21,403 nucleotides of DNA, from NCBI GenBank assembly GCA_023136205.1, contig JAGLRQ010000074.1:1-21403 (forward strand), written 5' to 3'. A program made the position numbers and the translations under genes. Of this stretch, positions 1-7,299 are shown piece after piece (the stretch's first letter is position 1; the number at the start of each line of letters is the position of its first letter). Below the pieces are notes generated by a model that did not search any database, was not told the DNA's origin, and worked only from the letters and a program-made list of their open reading frames with translations. This DNA comes from Candidatus Auribacterota bacterium. GTDB lineage: Bacteria; Auribacterota; UBA6266.

Positions 1-92
1 CCACAATGCTTTTTGCGCGTCTTATCGGCAAGCTCAAAGAGTTGTTGAGTTTTCTTCGATTTTAAACAATCAATTATTTGACTCTTTTTCAT
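1..92 (-). CDS. hydE: [FeFe]-hydrogenase maturase HydE (radical SAM), first ~30 codons only; continues off the left edge
   Basis: My own translation of the minus strand from ATG 92..90 gives MKKSQIIDCLKSKKTQQLFELADKTRKKHCG.. The LFELADK-R--H-G segment resembles the conserved HydE region just upstream of its CxxxCxxC. It starts 15 nt after the hydG stop, completing hydF-hydG-hydE. It is too short to appear in the ORF track. Confidence 0.5.
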   Translation of the reverse strand, partial: MKKSQIIDCLKSKKTQQLFELADKTRKKHC

Positions 93-107
93 TGTTTAAC
101 TCTGGGG

Positions 108-1601
108 TTAAACATATATATCCCTTTCACCTGATTTAACGCGATCATAGTAATTTATAAATTCGCCATAAAATTTCGGTATCCTCGTTTTTATCTCCTC
201 AATTTCTTTGCTTATAAGCTTTTCCCCGATTTCAAGAGTCTGCGGGCTCGCGAAATCATCAAGCCATTCCCTGAAAGTAAGAACGGCATTTTGTTTACAG
301 AATTTACCTTCCGTACCTGTCCTTAAAAGATCCATTATCTTCAGGCCAGTCCTTCCACACCGGTATCCGGCAGTACAAAAAGAAGTAATATACCCCATCT
401 CAGCAAGTTCCTTTATTACCTCATCCAGAGACCTTGTATCACCCAGGAAAAACTGTTGTTTCTTACCTTCCTGGCAGGTATTGCCCTCACTGTAGGCTCC
501 GATTCCTATACGTGAAGACGCATCGGTTTGAGTAACACCAAGGCGGAAAGATTCCTTCCTCAATGCTCTCGTCTCCCTCGCTGTTATTATCATCCCTGTA
601 TAAGGGACTGAAAGCCTTATAACAGTTATAAGCTTTTTGAAATCTTCATCACTAACACTATTTTGATTGTTTTTTGTAAAGGGGGTATTTTCTGCCGGTT
701 CAAGGCGCGGGAAAGAAATTGTATGAGGGCCTATCCCAAATTTTTTTTCAAGTTCTATAGCGTGATATAAAAGGCCCATGACTTCAAAACGCCAATCATG
801 AAGGCCAAAAAGCACACCTATTCCAACATCATCTACACCCGCCTCCATTGCACGATGCATTGAATAAAGTCGCCAACGGTAGTTGCCTTTTATTGTATTA
901 ACGGGATGCACATTCGCGTAGGTTTGGCGATTATAGGTTTCCTGAAATACCTGGTAAGTACCTATTCCCGCTTCTTTTAATTTCCTTAGCTCACTTACAG
1001 AAAGCGGAGGCGCGTTTACGTTAACCCTTCTTATTTCACTATGCCCCTTTTTGGTTTGAACACTTACACTGTAAATTGCTTTTATGCTTCCGGTCATATA
1101 GTCTATATCCATTGAAGGATGTTCACCGTAAACCACAACAAGCCTTTTGTGTCCGATTTTCCCTGTCAAAACTTCAATTTCTTTTTTTACTTCATTAAAT
1201 TCCAGGACTCTCCGGCTGGAACTGTCATTCTCTGACCGAAAACCGCAGTAAAAACAGTTATTTACACATTTATTTCCCAGATAAAGGGGTGCAAAAGTAA
1301 CGATACGGTTATCGTAAACCTTCCTTTTTACCTCAGCCGCTGTTTTTTCCATTTCATCCAGCATATCTTTATCATCAACGTTTAATAAAAGTGCGGTCTC
1401 ATCCGGTGTCAGGGTTTCAACGGCAAGCGATTTTTTTAAAATTTCCATTATTCTTGAAGGTTCCGCAGTTTTATTTAACTTAAGTTTTTCAATTATTCCG
1501 GAATCATCAATAAAATCCCTGCCGTTATCCATATACTTCTTAATTTCATCTTCTTTTATCCTGCCTGCCGCCCAATCTTTTGTTTTAATTATTGTATCCA
1601 T
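108..1601 (-). CDS. hydG: [FeFe]-hydrogenase maturase HydG (radical SAM, ThiH/HydG family)
   Basis: 497-aa ORF with the radical-SAM motif CVNNCFYCGF. It is longer than ThiH and has a Cys-bearing C-terminal extension (SFCTAGYRCGRTG...KFCKQNA). GGGAGA RBS upstream. Flanked by hydF and hydE. Confidence 0.85.
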   Translation of the reverse strand: MDTIIKTKDWAAGRIKEDEIKKYMDNGRDFIDDSGIIEKLKLNKTAEPSRIMEILKKSLAVETLTPDETALLLNVDDKDMLDEMEKTAAEVKRKVYDNRIVTFAPLYLGNKCVNNCFYCGFRSENDSSSRRVLEFNEVKKEIEVLTGKIGHKRLVVVYGEHPSMDIDYMTGSIKAIYSVSVQTKKGHSEIRRVNVNAPPLSVSELRKLKEAGIGTYQVFQETYNRQTYANVHPVNTIKGNYRWRLYSMHRAMEAGVDDVGIGVLFGLHDWRFEVMGLLYHAIELEKKFGIGPHTISFPRLEPAENTPFTKNNQNSVSDEDFKKLITVIRLSVPYTGMIITARETRALRKESFRLGVTQTDASSRIGIGAYSEGNTCQEGKKQQFFLGDTRSLDEVIKELAEMGYITSFCTAGYRCGRTGLKIMDLLRTGTEGKFCKQNAVLTFREWLDDFASPQTLEIGEKLISKEIEEIKTRIPKFYGEFINYYDRVKSGERDIYV

Positions 1602-1617
1602 TGTTTTTATCTCCCAA

Positions 1618-2886
1618 TCAACACAGGTTCCACGGTTTTATTACTTTATTTAATGCTTCCCGGCCTTGAAGATACGCTAAAAAAAGCCCGTAATTTGTAA
1701 AAGGTATACCAACAGCTTCAAGCTCGTGAATTCTTGCAAGCAGTTTCTGGGAACTTATCATACAGCCGCCGCAGTGGATAATAAGCTTATAGCGCCTGAG
1801 ATTTTCATTTTCCTGAAACTCCCGGCCGAAATTATGTTCTAAAACAATCCCTTTAAAATGCTTTTTAAAATAATTCGGTATTTGGACTGTCCCTATATCC
1901 TCTCCTATACGGGAGTGGTTACACGCTTCAACTACCAAAACCCTGTCTCCGCTTTTCAAATTTTTAAGGGTATTTATCCCTTCAATAAATTCTTTAAGTT
2001 TACCACGCGAAATATAGTTAATCATCGTAATAGAAAAGGTTGTAAGCATAATATCTTCAGGGCACCATCTATTCATAATATCCATTGCCTGAGAATCGGT
2101 TATCATGGCTTTTGGCCTTTTTTTAAAATCATTTAAAAAACTGTTAAACCTTTTCTCTTCGAATTCTCTTTCTTCATTTATTTCAGACCTTGCTTTTCCA
2201 AGGTCCAGCCTGAACGATACCGGGTATGCCCAATTCCTTGTTATATACTCTTCTGACATTGCCTGCGGCCTTAAATATCTTCCAGGCGGAGTTTCCGCGT
2301 CCATGGGTATAATTAAAACATAATACTCATCTTTCTCAAGGAATGGAAAGAGTTCGTGTTTTTGGTTCTTTGATTTAAAATTAGCAATTATAAAATCTAT
2401 CAGTTCTTTTCTATATCTTTCATCATTTGCTTTTAACGTAATCTTTTTACAAAACCGTAAAACCGGATTTTTCTGCTCGCATTCTCTTATCTTCTTTCCG
2501 TCATCGTCATTAAATATGTTATAGATTATAAGTATCTGTTTATCTAATTCTCTTGCTTTTTTTATAAGGCCCTCTTCGCTTTTAAACTCAATGAAAGCCG
2601 GGTTTATCATAATAAGGGCAAGGTCACATTCTTTAATATCATTAAATACTTTTTTGCGCTTTTTATCCCCAAGCAGGCTGGGTTCATCAACTCCCGCGGT
2701 ATCATATATTTTAACCGGGCCGACACAGTGTATTTCCGAGAGCGCGTATTTTGTATCTGATGTCGTCCCGGGAGTCGGATCTATAATGGATGTTTCCTGT
2801 TGGGTTAAAAGATTCATAACAGAGCTTTTCCCCACATTCATTCTTCCAAATATCCCGATATGGTCGCGTTCAACTAAAACAGACAT
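1618..2886 (-). CDS. hydF: [FeFe]-hydrogenase maturation GTPase/scaffold HydF
   Basis: 422-aa ORF with P-loop GRMNVGKSS and G3 DTAG. The C-terminal cluster motif CNH-x46-HCGGC fits CxH-x(44-53)-HCxxC. Its start lies 2 nt after the stop of the upstream regulator gene. Confidence 0.9.
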   Translation of the reverse strand: MSVLVERDHIGIFGRMNVGKSSVMNLLTQQETSIIDPTPGTTSDTKYALSEIHCVGPVKIYDTAGVDEPSLLGDKKRKKVFNDIKECDLALIMINPAFIEFKSEEGLIKKARELDKQILIIYNIFNDDDGKKIRECEQKNPVLRFCKKITLKANDERYRKELIDFIIANFKSKNQKHELFPFLEKDEYYVLIIPMDAETPPGRYLRPQAMSEEYITRNWAYPVSFRLDLGKARSEINEEREFEEKRFNSFLNDFKKRPKAMITDSQAMDIMNRWCPEDIMLTTFSITMINYISRGKLKEFIEGINTLKNLKSGDRVLVVEACNHSRIGEDIGTVQIPNYFKKHFKGIVLEHNFGREFQENENLRRYKLIIHCGGCMISSQKLLARIHELEAVGIPFTNYGLFLAYLQGREALNKVIKPWNLC

Positions 2887-2888
2887 AT

Positions 2889-3137
2889 TTATTCCTTAGC
2901 TAAAGCTGATTTAACAGAAATTCCGGGGATTTGGCCAAGTTTACCCGTCAATGCTCCAAGTTTATCTGTTGTTGTGTCTACAATAAGCGTAATAACACTG
3001 CAAATCTTCTCCCTGTAGGGAAGGCCCATACGGGCAACAATAACATCCCCATACGCAGAAAGTACTTCATTAACCTGAGATGCCTGTCTTTTTCTGTCTT
3101 CAATGATGATTCCTACAAATCCTAAACGTTTTTCCAT
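2889..3137 (-). CDS. TM1266-family putative iron-only hydrogenase system regulator (small ACT/NikR-C-like protein)
   Basis: MEKRLGFVGIIIEDR..VNEVL..GALTGKLGQIPGISVKSAL matches my memory of the TM1266/TIGR03959 family (GAL-GKLGQI-GV-VK). I chose ATG 3137 because it has a GAGGAG RBS 5 nt upstream. The track ORF start at 3191 would read through the terminator hairpin. Confidence 0.7.
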   Translation of the reverse strand: MEKRLGFVGIIIEDRKRQASQVNEVLSAYGDVIVARMGLPYREKICSVITLIVDTTTDKLGALTGKLGQIPGISVKSALAKE

Positions 3138-3170
3138 ATTCTCCTCAACAATGTTATAACCCCGGGATGT

Positions 3171-3212
3171 AAAAAACCCCAACCCTGCCAAAATCCTACA
3201 GGAAGGTTGGGG
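3171..3212 (-). terminator. Rho-independent terminator downstream of the hydCBA-cmd unit
   Basis: Minus-strand RNA reads CCCCAACC(UUC)CUG-uaggauuuugg-CAG-GGUUGGGG followed by UUUUUU. That is an 8+3 bp GC-rich stem with an 11-nt loop, and the U6 tract is the A-run at 3171-3176 on +. It lies about 80 nt after the CMD gene stop. Confidence 0.7.
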
Positions 3213-3293
3213 TATAAAATATCTTATTTTATATTCTCTTCCCCTTGGCTTTAGAGTTTCCGCTCCTCACCGTAGGCATATTGTTCAGTTCTA

Positions 3294-3641
3294 TTATTTC
3301 TGCAAATCCTGAATTGCTTTGTCAACAAGAGTAACATAGGTCATTACGCTTGAACCACCTACAAGCACCGCGACCATACACGCCTCAATCATCTCTTCTT
3401 TACTCCAGCCCGCGTCAAGGCAATGCCTGACAGCACGAGCTATACAAACAGGACATTTCTGGGTAACGCTTGCAATAAGCAAAAGCAACCACTTCGTCTT
3501 CTCAGGAACTTTGCCGGACTTTGTAATTGTTTGTTTTTCTCTGATAAATGATGTATATTCTTCAGGAATAGTTCTCTCGATATCAGCCATCAGTCTGCCA
3601 AATTCTTTCAGTGTCTCTTCCGGATTGTATTGCATAGACAC
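3294..3641 (-). CDS. Carboxymuconolactone decarboxylase / AhpD-like family protein (CxxC)
   Basis: 115-aa ORF. KTKWLLLLIASVTQKCPVCIARAVRHCLDAGWSKEEMIEACMVAVLVGGSSVM is the typical CMD/AhpD core helix pair with CxxC. AGGAGG RBS. It starts 17 nt after the hydA stop. Confidence 0.8.
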   Translation of the reverse strand: MSMQYNPEETLKEFGRLMADIERTIPEEYTSFIREKQTITKSGKVPEKTKWLLLLIASVTQKCPVCIARAVRHCLDAGWSKEEMIEACMVAVLVGGSSVMTYVTLVDKAIQDLQK

Positions 3642-3658
3642 CTCCTTTTTAGCTGGTA

Positions 3659-5578
3659 TTATGCCTTTTTTCTATTTCCCTTTTCTTTCCCTATCCATTT
3701 TCCCCTTGCGGTATATGAAGTATGCAAAAGTTTATGGCTTGTGCGGCCGCATGGGCCTTCAACCAGAAAGTCTTTGTAAATTTTCTTTATAAAGGGGTTC
3801 TCATGCGACTTCCTGTACGGCAAACCTTCCTCCTCAGCATAAATGGCTTTCGCCCGCGCTTCTCTGATTTCAGGGCTTGTGGGAATCGGCTGGCCTCCTC
3901 CTCCGAGACATCCGCCGGGACAGGCCATAATTTCAATAAAATGATATCCCTCCAATTCACCCTGGCAAAGCATATCCATTATTTTTTTCGCGTTCGCTGT
4001 CCCATGGCCAATCATCACCTTAAGCGTCGCTCCTTCTAAAAACTTCCAAGCATCGACAGCTTTTTTTATCGGAATTTCTGCTGTCCGAACACCATCCATA
4101 CCACGTACCGGTGTTATACGAAGTTTATCGAAAGGAACTTCTGACCCCGAAACTATTTCGTAGGCCGTTCGGATTGCCGCTTCCATAACACCGCCTGTCG
4201 CTCCAAAAATCAAGGCTGCTCCAGTACCGGTGCCAAGGGGATCATCAAAATTTGACTCCGGAAGATTCGGCAAATCGATACCGCATTCTTTAATCATTCC
4301 TGCTAATTCCCGCGTGGTTAACGCGTGATCAACATCTCTAAATCCGGACGCGTTCATTTCCGGGCGTTCGCATTCAAACTTCTTCGCGGAACAGGGCATC
4401 AAAGAAACACTCACAATATTCTTAGGGTCGATATTGTTGGTTTTCGCGTACCAGGTTTTTACAACAGCGCCGAACATTTGCTGAGGGCTTTTTGCTGTTG
4501 ATAGATGATTAAGCTTTTCCGGATAAAAATATTCGATATATTTTACCCACCCCGGTGAACAGGAAGTAAATAGAGGCAACGCGACATTTTTATCTTTATC
4601 AACAAGAGCCTTTTTTAATCTTAAAAGAAGTTCCGTTCCTTCCTCCATAATAGTCAAATCCGCGGTAAAATTGGTATCAAACGCCCTATCAAAACCCATT
4701 CTTTTAATAGCGGTATTAAGCTTTTTGGTCACACTTGTCCCCGGAGGAAGGCCAAATTCTTCTCCGATCGCGGCCCGGGGACTGGGAGCCGTTTGCATAA
4801 CAACATGTTTTGAAGGGTCATCAATTGCTTCCCATACAGCCTGAGAGGGATCTTTCGCTTTTAACGCGCCTGTGGGACACCGATTAATACACTGTCCACA
4901 ATTAATACAGATCACATCTTCCAACGGTTTATCCATATAGGTTACAATTTTTGTACCCGAGCCTCGATCAGCCGCTTCAAGAACACCCACTTCCTGAAGA
5001 TCAATACACGTTCGGACACAACGCCGGCATAACACACACTTGTCCATATCCCTTTCAACAGAATAACTTGACGTATCTTTTTCATAGCGAGGATTGTCAA
5101 TATGCCCAAATTTATAGGTACTAACCCCATATTCCTTTGCTAAGGATTGAAGCTCACAATTATTATTGCGAGAACAGGAATAACATTCCCCATAGTGATT
5201 TTTTAAAAGAAGTTGAATTATATTATGCCGGGCACGTCTCACGCGAGGAGAATACGTTTTTACATTGACAGGCTCGGATATAGGATAGGAACAGGCAGCC
5301 TGAAGCGTTCGCTGTCCTTCCACCTCGACCACACACATTCTACACACACCGGCAAGACAAAGATCATCATGTTGGCACAATGTGGGAATTTTTATATTCA
5401 CAGATTTAGCAGCTTCTAAAATGGTAATGCCCGCGGGAACTTTTATTTCTATATCATCAATAGTTATCTTAATCTTGGCTTTCGAGGCACCCCTGCCTAT
5501 CGTCTCAACTTCCTGCCCCCTCTGGCTTATAGGGGCCCGTGAAGTGTCCTGAGAGAATGGTCTTTTATTATTATCCAT
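3659..5578 (-). CDS. hydA: [FeFe]-hydrogenase catalytic subunit (M3-type: 2Fe-2S + His-ligated 4Fe-4S + 2x[4Fe-4S] + H-cluster domain)
   Basis: 639-aa ORF. The N-terminal part is NuoG-like (PTLC..GVCRMCVVEVEG..AAC) and is followed by HYGECYSCSRNNNC, CVLCRRCVRTC and CINCGQCINRCP. H-cluster motifs are L1 TSCSPGW (variant), L2 MPCSAKKFE and L3 EIMACPGGCLGGGGQP. It overlaps the hydB stop by 8 nt (ATGGATAA). Confidence 0.95.
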   Translation of the reverse strand: MDNNKRPFSQDTSRAPISQRGQEVETIGRGASKAKIKITIDDIEIKVPAGITILEAAKSVNIKIPTLCQHDDLCLAGVCRMCVVEVEGQRTLQAACSYPISEPVNVKTYSPRVRRARHNIIQLLLKNHYGECYSCSRNNNCELQSLAKEYGVSTYKFGHIDNPRYEKDTSSYSVERDMDKCVLCRRCVRTCIDLQEVGVLEAADRGSGTKIVTYMDKPLEDVICINCGQCINRCPTGALKAKDPSQAVWEAIDDPSKHVVMQTAPSPRAAIGEEFGLPPGTSVTKKLNTAIKRMGFDRAFDTNFTADLTIMEEGTELLLRLKKALVDKDKNVALPLFTSCSPGWVKYIEYFYPEKLNHLSTAKSPQQMFGAVVKTWYAKTNNIDPKNIVSVSLMPCSAKKFECERPEMNASGFRDVDHALTTRELAGMIKECGIDLPNLPESNFDDPLGTGTGAALIFGATGGVMEAAIRTAYEIVSGSEVPFDKLRITPVRGMDGVRTAEIPIKKAVDAWKFLEGATLKVMIGHGTANAKKIMDMLCQGELEGYHFIEIMACPGGCLGGGGQPIPTSPEIREARAKAIYAEEEGLPYRKSHENPFIKKIYKDFLVEGPCGRTSHKLLHTSYTARGKWIGKEKGNRKKA

Positions 5579-6779
5579 TGAACTTCTTCTCCTTTTTATT
5601 AACCTTTGATAATGTATATTCTTTCTTAAAATTATCTATTACAGATATAAACATATTCGGAGCTGACTGTCCCAATCCGCATTTGGACGCAAGCTGCATC
5701 GTTTCTGACAAAGAAAGGAGTTCTTTCAAATAAACCTGTGTACACTCTCCCGCCTTAAGCATTTCTACTCCTTCCAGAAGAACAGGAATTCCTTCCCTGC
5801 AGGGAGTACACTGTCCGCAAGACTCTTCTTCAAAAAACTGAAGGAAATTTTTAGCGGCGTCAATTATATTTCTGCTCTGATTGAAAATAATAAATGAACC
5901 CCCTGTGGAAAGATCTTCATACGCAATTTTACGGTCAAACCGGCTTTTGGCTATACATACTCCAGAAGCACCGCCAACTTGTACCGCTTTTGTATCTTTG
6001 GCATCAGCCATCTTAAGAATCTCTTTTATTGATGTCCCGAAAGGAATTTCATATACACCAGGCTTTTTACAATCCCCGGAAATACTGAGCAATTTTGACC
6101 CAGCGGATTTTTCCGTTCCAATTGATTTAAACCATTCAGCACCTTTTACAAGAATATGAGTAACTACCGCGAAAGTTTCAACATTATTCACAACAGTAGG
6201 ATATCCATTATATCCGGTATTCGCGGGAAAAGGCGGCCTGTTTCGCGGCTCGCCGCGGTTTCCTTCAATTGACTCAATAAGCGCTGTTTCCTCCCCGCAA
6301 ACATAAGCTCCGGATCCCATTCTAATCTCAATATCAAAGCTAAAACCTTTCTTGCCCATAATGTCAGTTCCAAGCACGCCATCTTTCCTCATCTCTTCAA
6401 GTTTTTTTTCTAAAATCCCAAGAAAAGATTTATATTCACCCCGCAGATACAAAAAACCCTGTTTCGCTCCAATAGAAAATGCTCCAATAATCATACCTTC
6501 CAAAAATAAACCGGGGTACTCTGTTAAGAGAACCCTGTCTTTGAATGTACCGGGTTCCCCCTCATCAGCATTGCATACAACATATTTTTTCTCTGCCGGG
6601 GAAACCGCGACAAAATTCCACTTTAACCCTGTTGGAAACCCCGCGCCGCCCCTCCCTTTTAAATTGGAATCCCGAACTGTATCACGCACTTTCGTTTTTC
6701 CCAAATTCAACGCGTTTTTTAACCCCGCGTATGGTTCAATCTCACTAAAAATAACCGGGCCTTCTCTTCCTATCTTCAT
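5571..6779 (-). CDS. hydB: NuoF-like NAD(P)H/FMN flavoprotein subunit of multimeric [FeFe]-hydrogenase (core only)
   Basis: 402-aa ORF with GRGGAGFPTGLKW, NADEGEPGTFKDR, YVCGEETALIESIEG and the N3-type cluster motif ESCGQCTPCREG...KCGLG. GGGAG RBS. There is no additional ferredoxin-like CxxCxxCxxxCP or N-terminal 2Fe-2S domain. Confidence 0.9.
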   Translation of the reverse strand: MKIGREGPVIFSEIEPYAGLKNALNLGKTKVRDTVRDSNLKGRGGAGFPTGLKWNFVAVSPAEKKYVVCNADEGEPGTFKDRVLLTEYPGLFLEGMIIGAFSIGAKQGFLYLRGEYKSFLGILEKKLEEMRKDGVLGTDIMGKKGFSFDIEIRMGSGAYVCGEETALIESIEGNRGEPRNRPPFPANTGYNGYPTVVNNVETFAVVTHILVKGAEWFKSIGTEKSAGSKLLSISGDCKKPGVYEIPFGTSIKEILKMADAKDTKAVQVGGASGVCIAKSRFDRKIAYEDLSTGGSFIIFNQSRNIIDAAKNFLQFFEEESCGQCTPCREGIPVLLEGVEMLKAGECTQVYLKELLSLSETMQLASKCGLGQSAPNMFISVIDNFKKEYTLSKVNKKEKKFNG

Positions 6780-6806
6780 ATTTTTCTCCCTAAACCTTTT
6801 TCTTTT

Positions 6807-7286
6807 TTACTTAAAATCTCTTATTATTGTTTTTACTCCTTGAGGAGCCATATTCCCTATGAGTTTATCATCAACCATAATTGCCGGCGCCTGATCACAC
6901 ATGCCAATACAACTTGCCCTTTCCAAGGTGACTCTTTTATCTTTGGTGGTTTCACCAACCTTGATTTTTAGCGCTCTTTCAAACTCTTTTAATATTTTCT
7001 CGCTCCCGGCCATTACATTGGAAATACAACTGCTTACACGTATAATGTGTTTGCCCTTTTTCCGCGTATTTAAAAACGAATAAAACGTAATAACAGAGTA
7101 CACTTCTACAGGATGAATGCCAAGACTGTCCGCAATTTCCTGCATATCGGCATCAGAAATATATCCTTTTTTATCCTGAACTTGTTGTAACACAGGCAAA
7201 AGCCGTGCTCGCGTTTCATCACATACAAAAAGTTCTTTCCCCTCCCGTACCACTTTTTTCTTAACAGCACATTGTTTCGCCATCAT
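6807..7286 (-). CDS. hydC: NuoE-like thioredoxin-fold subunit of multimeric [FeFe]-hydrogenase
   Basis: LLPVLQQVQDKKGYISDADMQEIADSLGIHPVEVYSVITFYSF and ..ASCIGMCDQAPAIMVDD are typical NuoE/HydC. The track ORF starts at 7304 with no RBS. GGGAGTGAG precedes the tandem ATGs at 7286 and 7283, so I prefer one of those. Confidence 0.8.
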   Translation of the reverse strand: MMAKQCAVKKKVVREGKELFVCDETRARLLPVLQQVQDKKGYISDADMQEIADSLGIHPVEVYSVITFYSFLNTRKKGKHIIRVSSCISNVMAGSEKILKEFERALKIKVGETTKDKRVTLERASCIGMCDQAPAIMVDDKLIGNMAPQGVKTIIRDFK

Positions 7287-7299
7287 CTCACTCCCTTTC

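Noticed and set aside
208-495. + strand 95-aa ORF antisense to hydG. The same class includes 1858..2136, 2105..2323, 2591..2899, 2931..3125, 3511..3792, 3722..4039, 5213..5419, 5539..5733, 5881..6159, 6352..6843, 6545..6748 and 6901..7083.
   Set aside because: All lie entirely or mostly inside strongly supported minus-strand genes. They have no RBS and give low-complexity S/F/L/P-rich translations with no recognisable motif. This is typical antisense noise in AT-rich DNA.
3138-3191. 18-codon N-terminal extension of the TM1266-type regulator (track start 3191).
   Set aside because: The extension would be translated from the terminator hairpin and has no RBS. The internal ATG 3137 has GAGGAG at the right distance, and the family starts MEKR-like.
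3229-3279. 16-aa basic minus-strand ORF (MPTVRSGNSKAKGKRI) between the CMD gene and the terminator.
   Set aside because: It has no Shine-Dalgarno sequence, is very short, and nothing indicates coding.
4942-5130. Minus-strand short ORFs in alternative frames inside larger genes (4942..5130, 6188..6382, 9423..9635, 19565..19756).
   Set aside because: They are nested out of frame within hydA, hydB, the SpeE-like gene and moxR, with no RBS or motif support.
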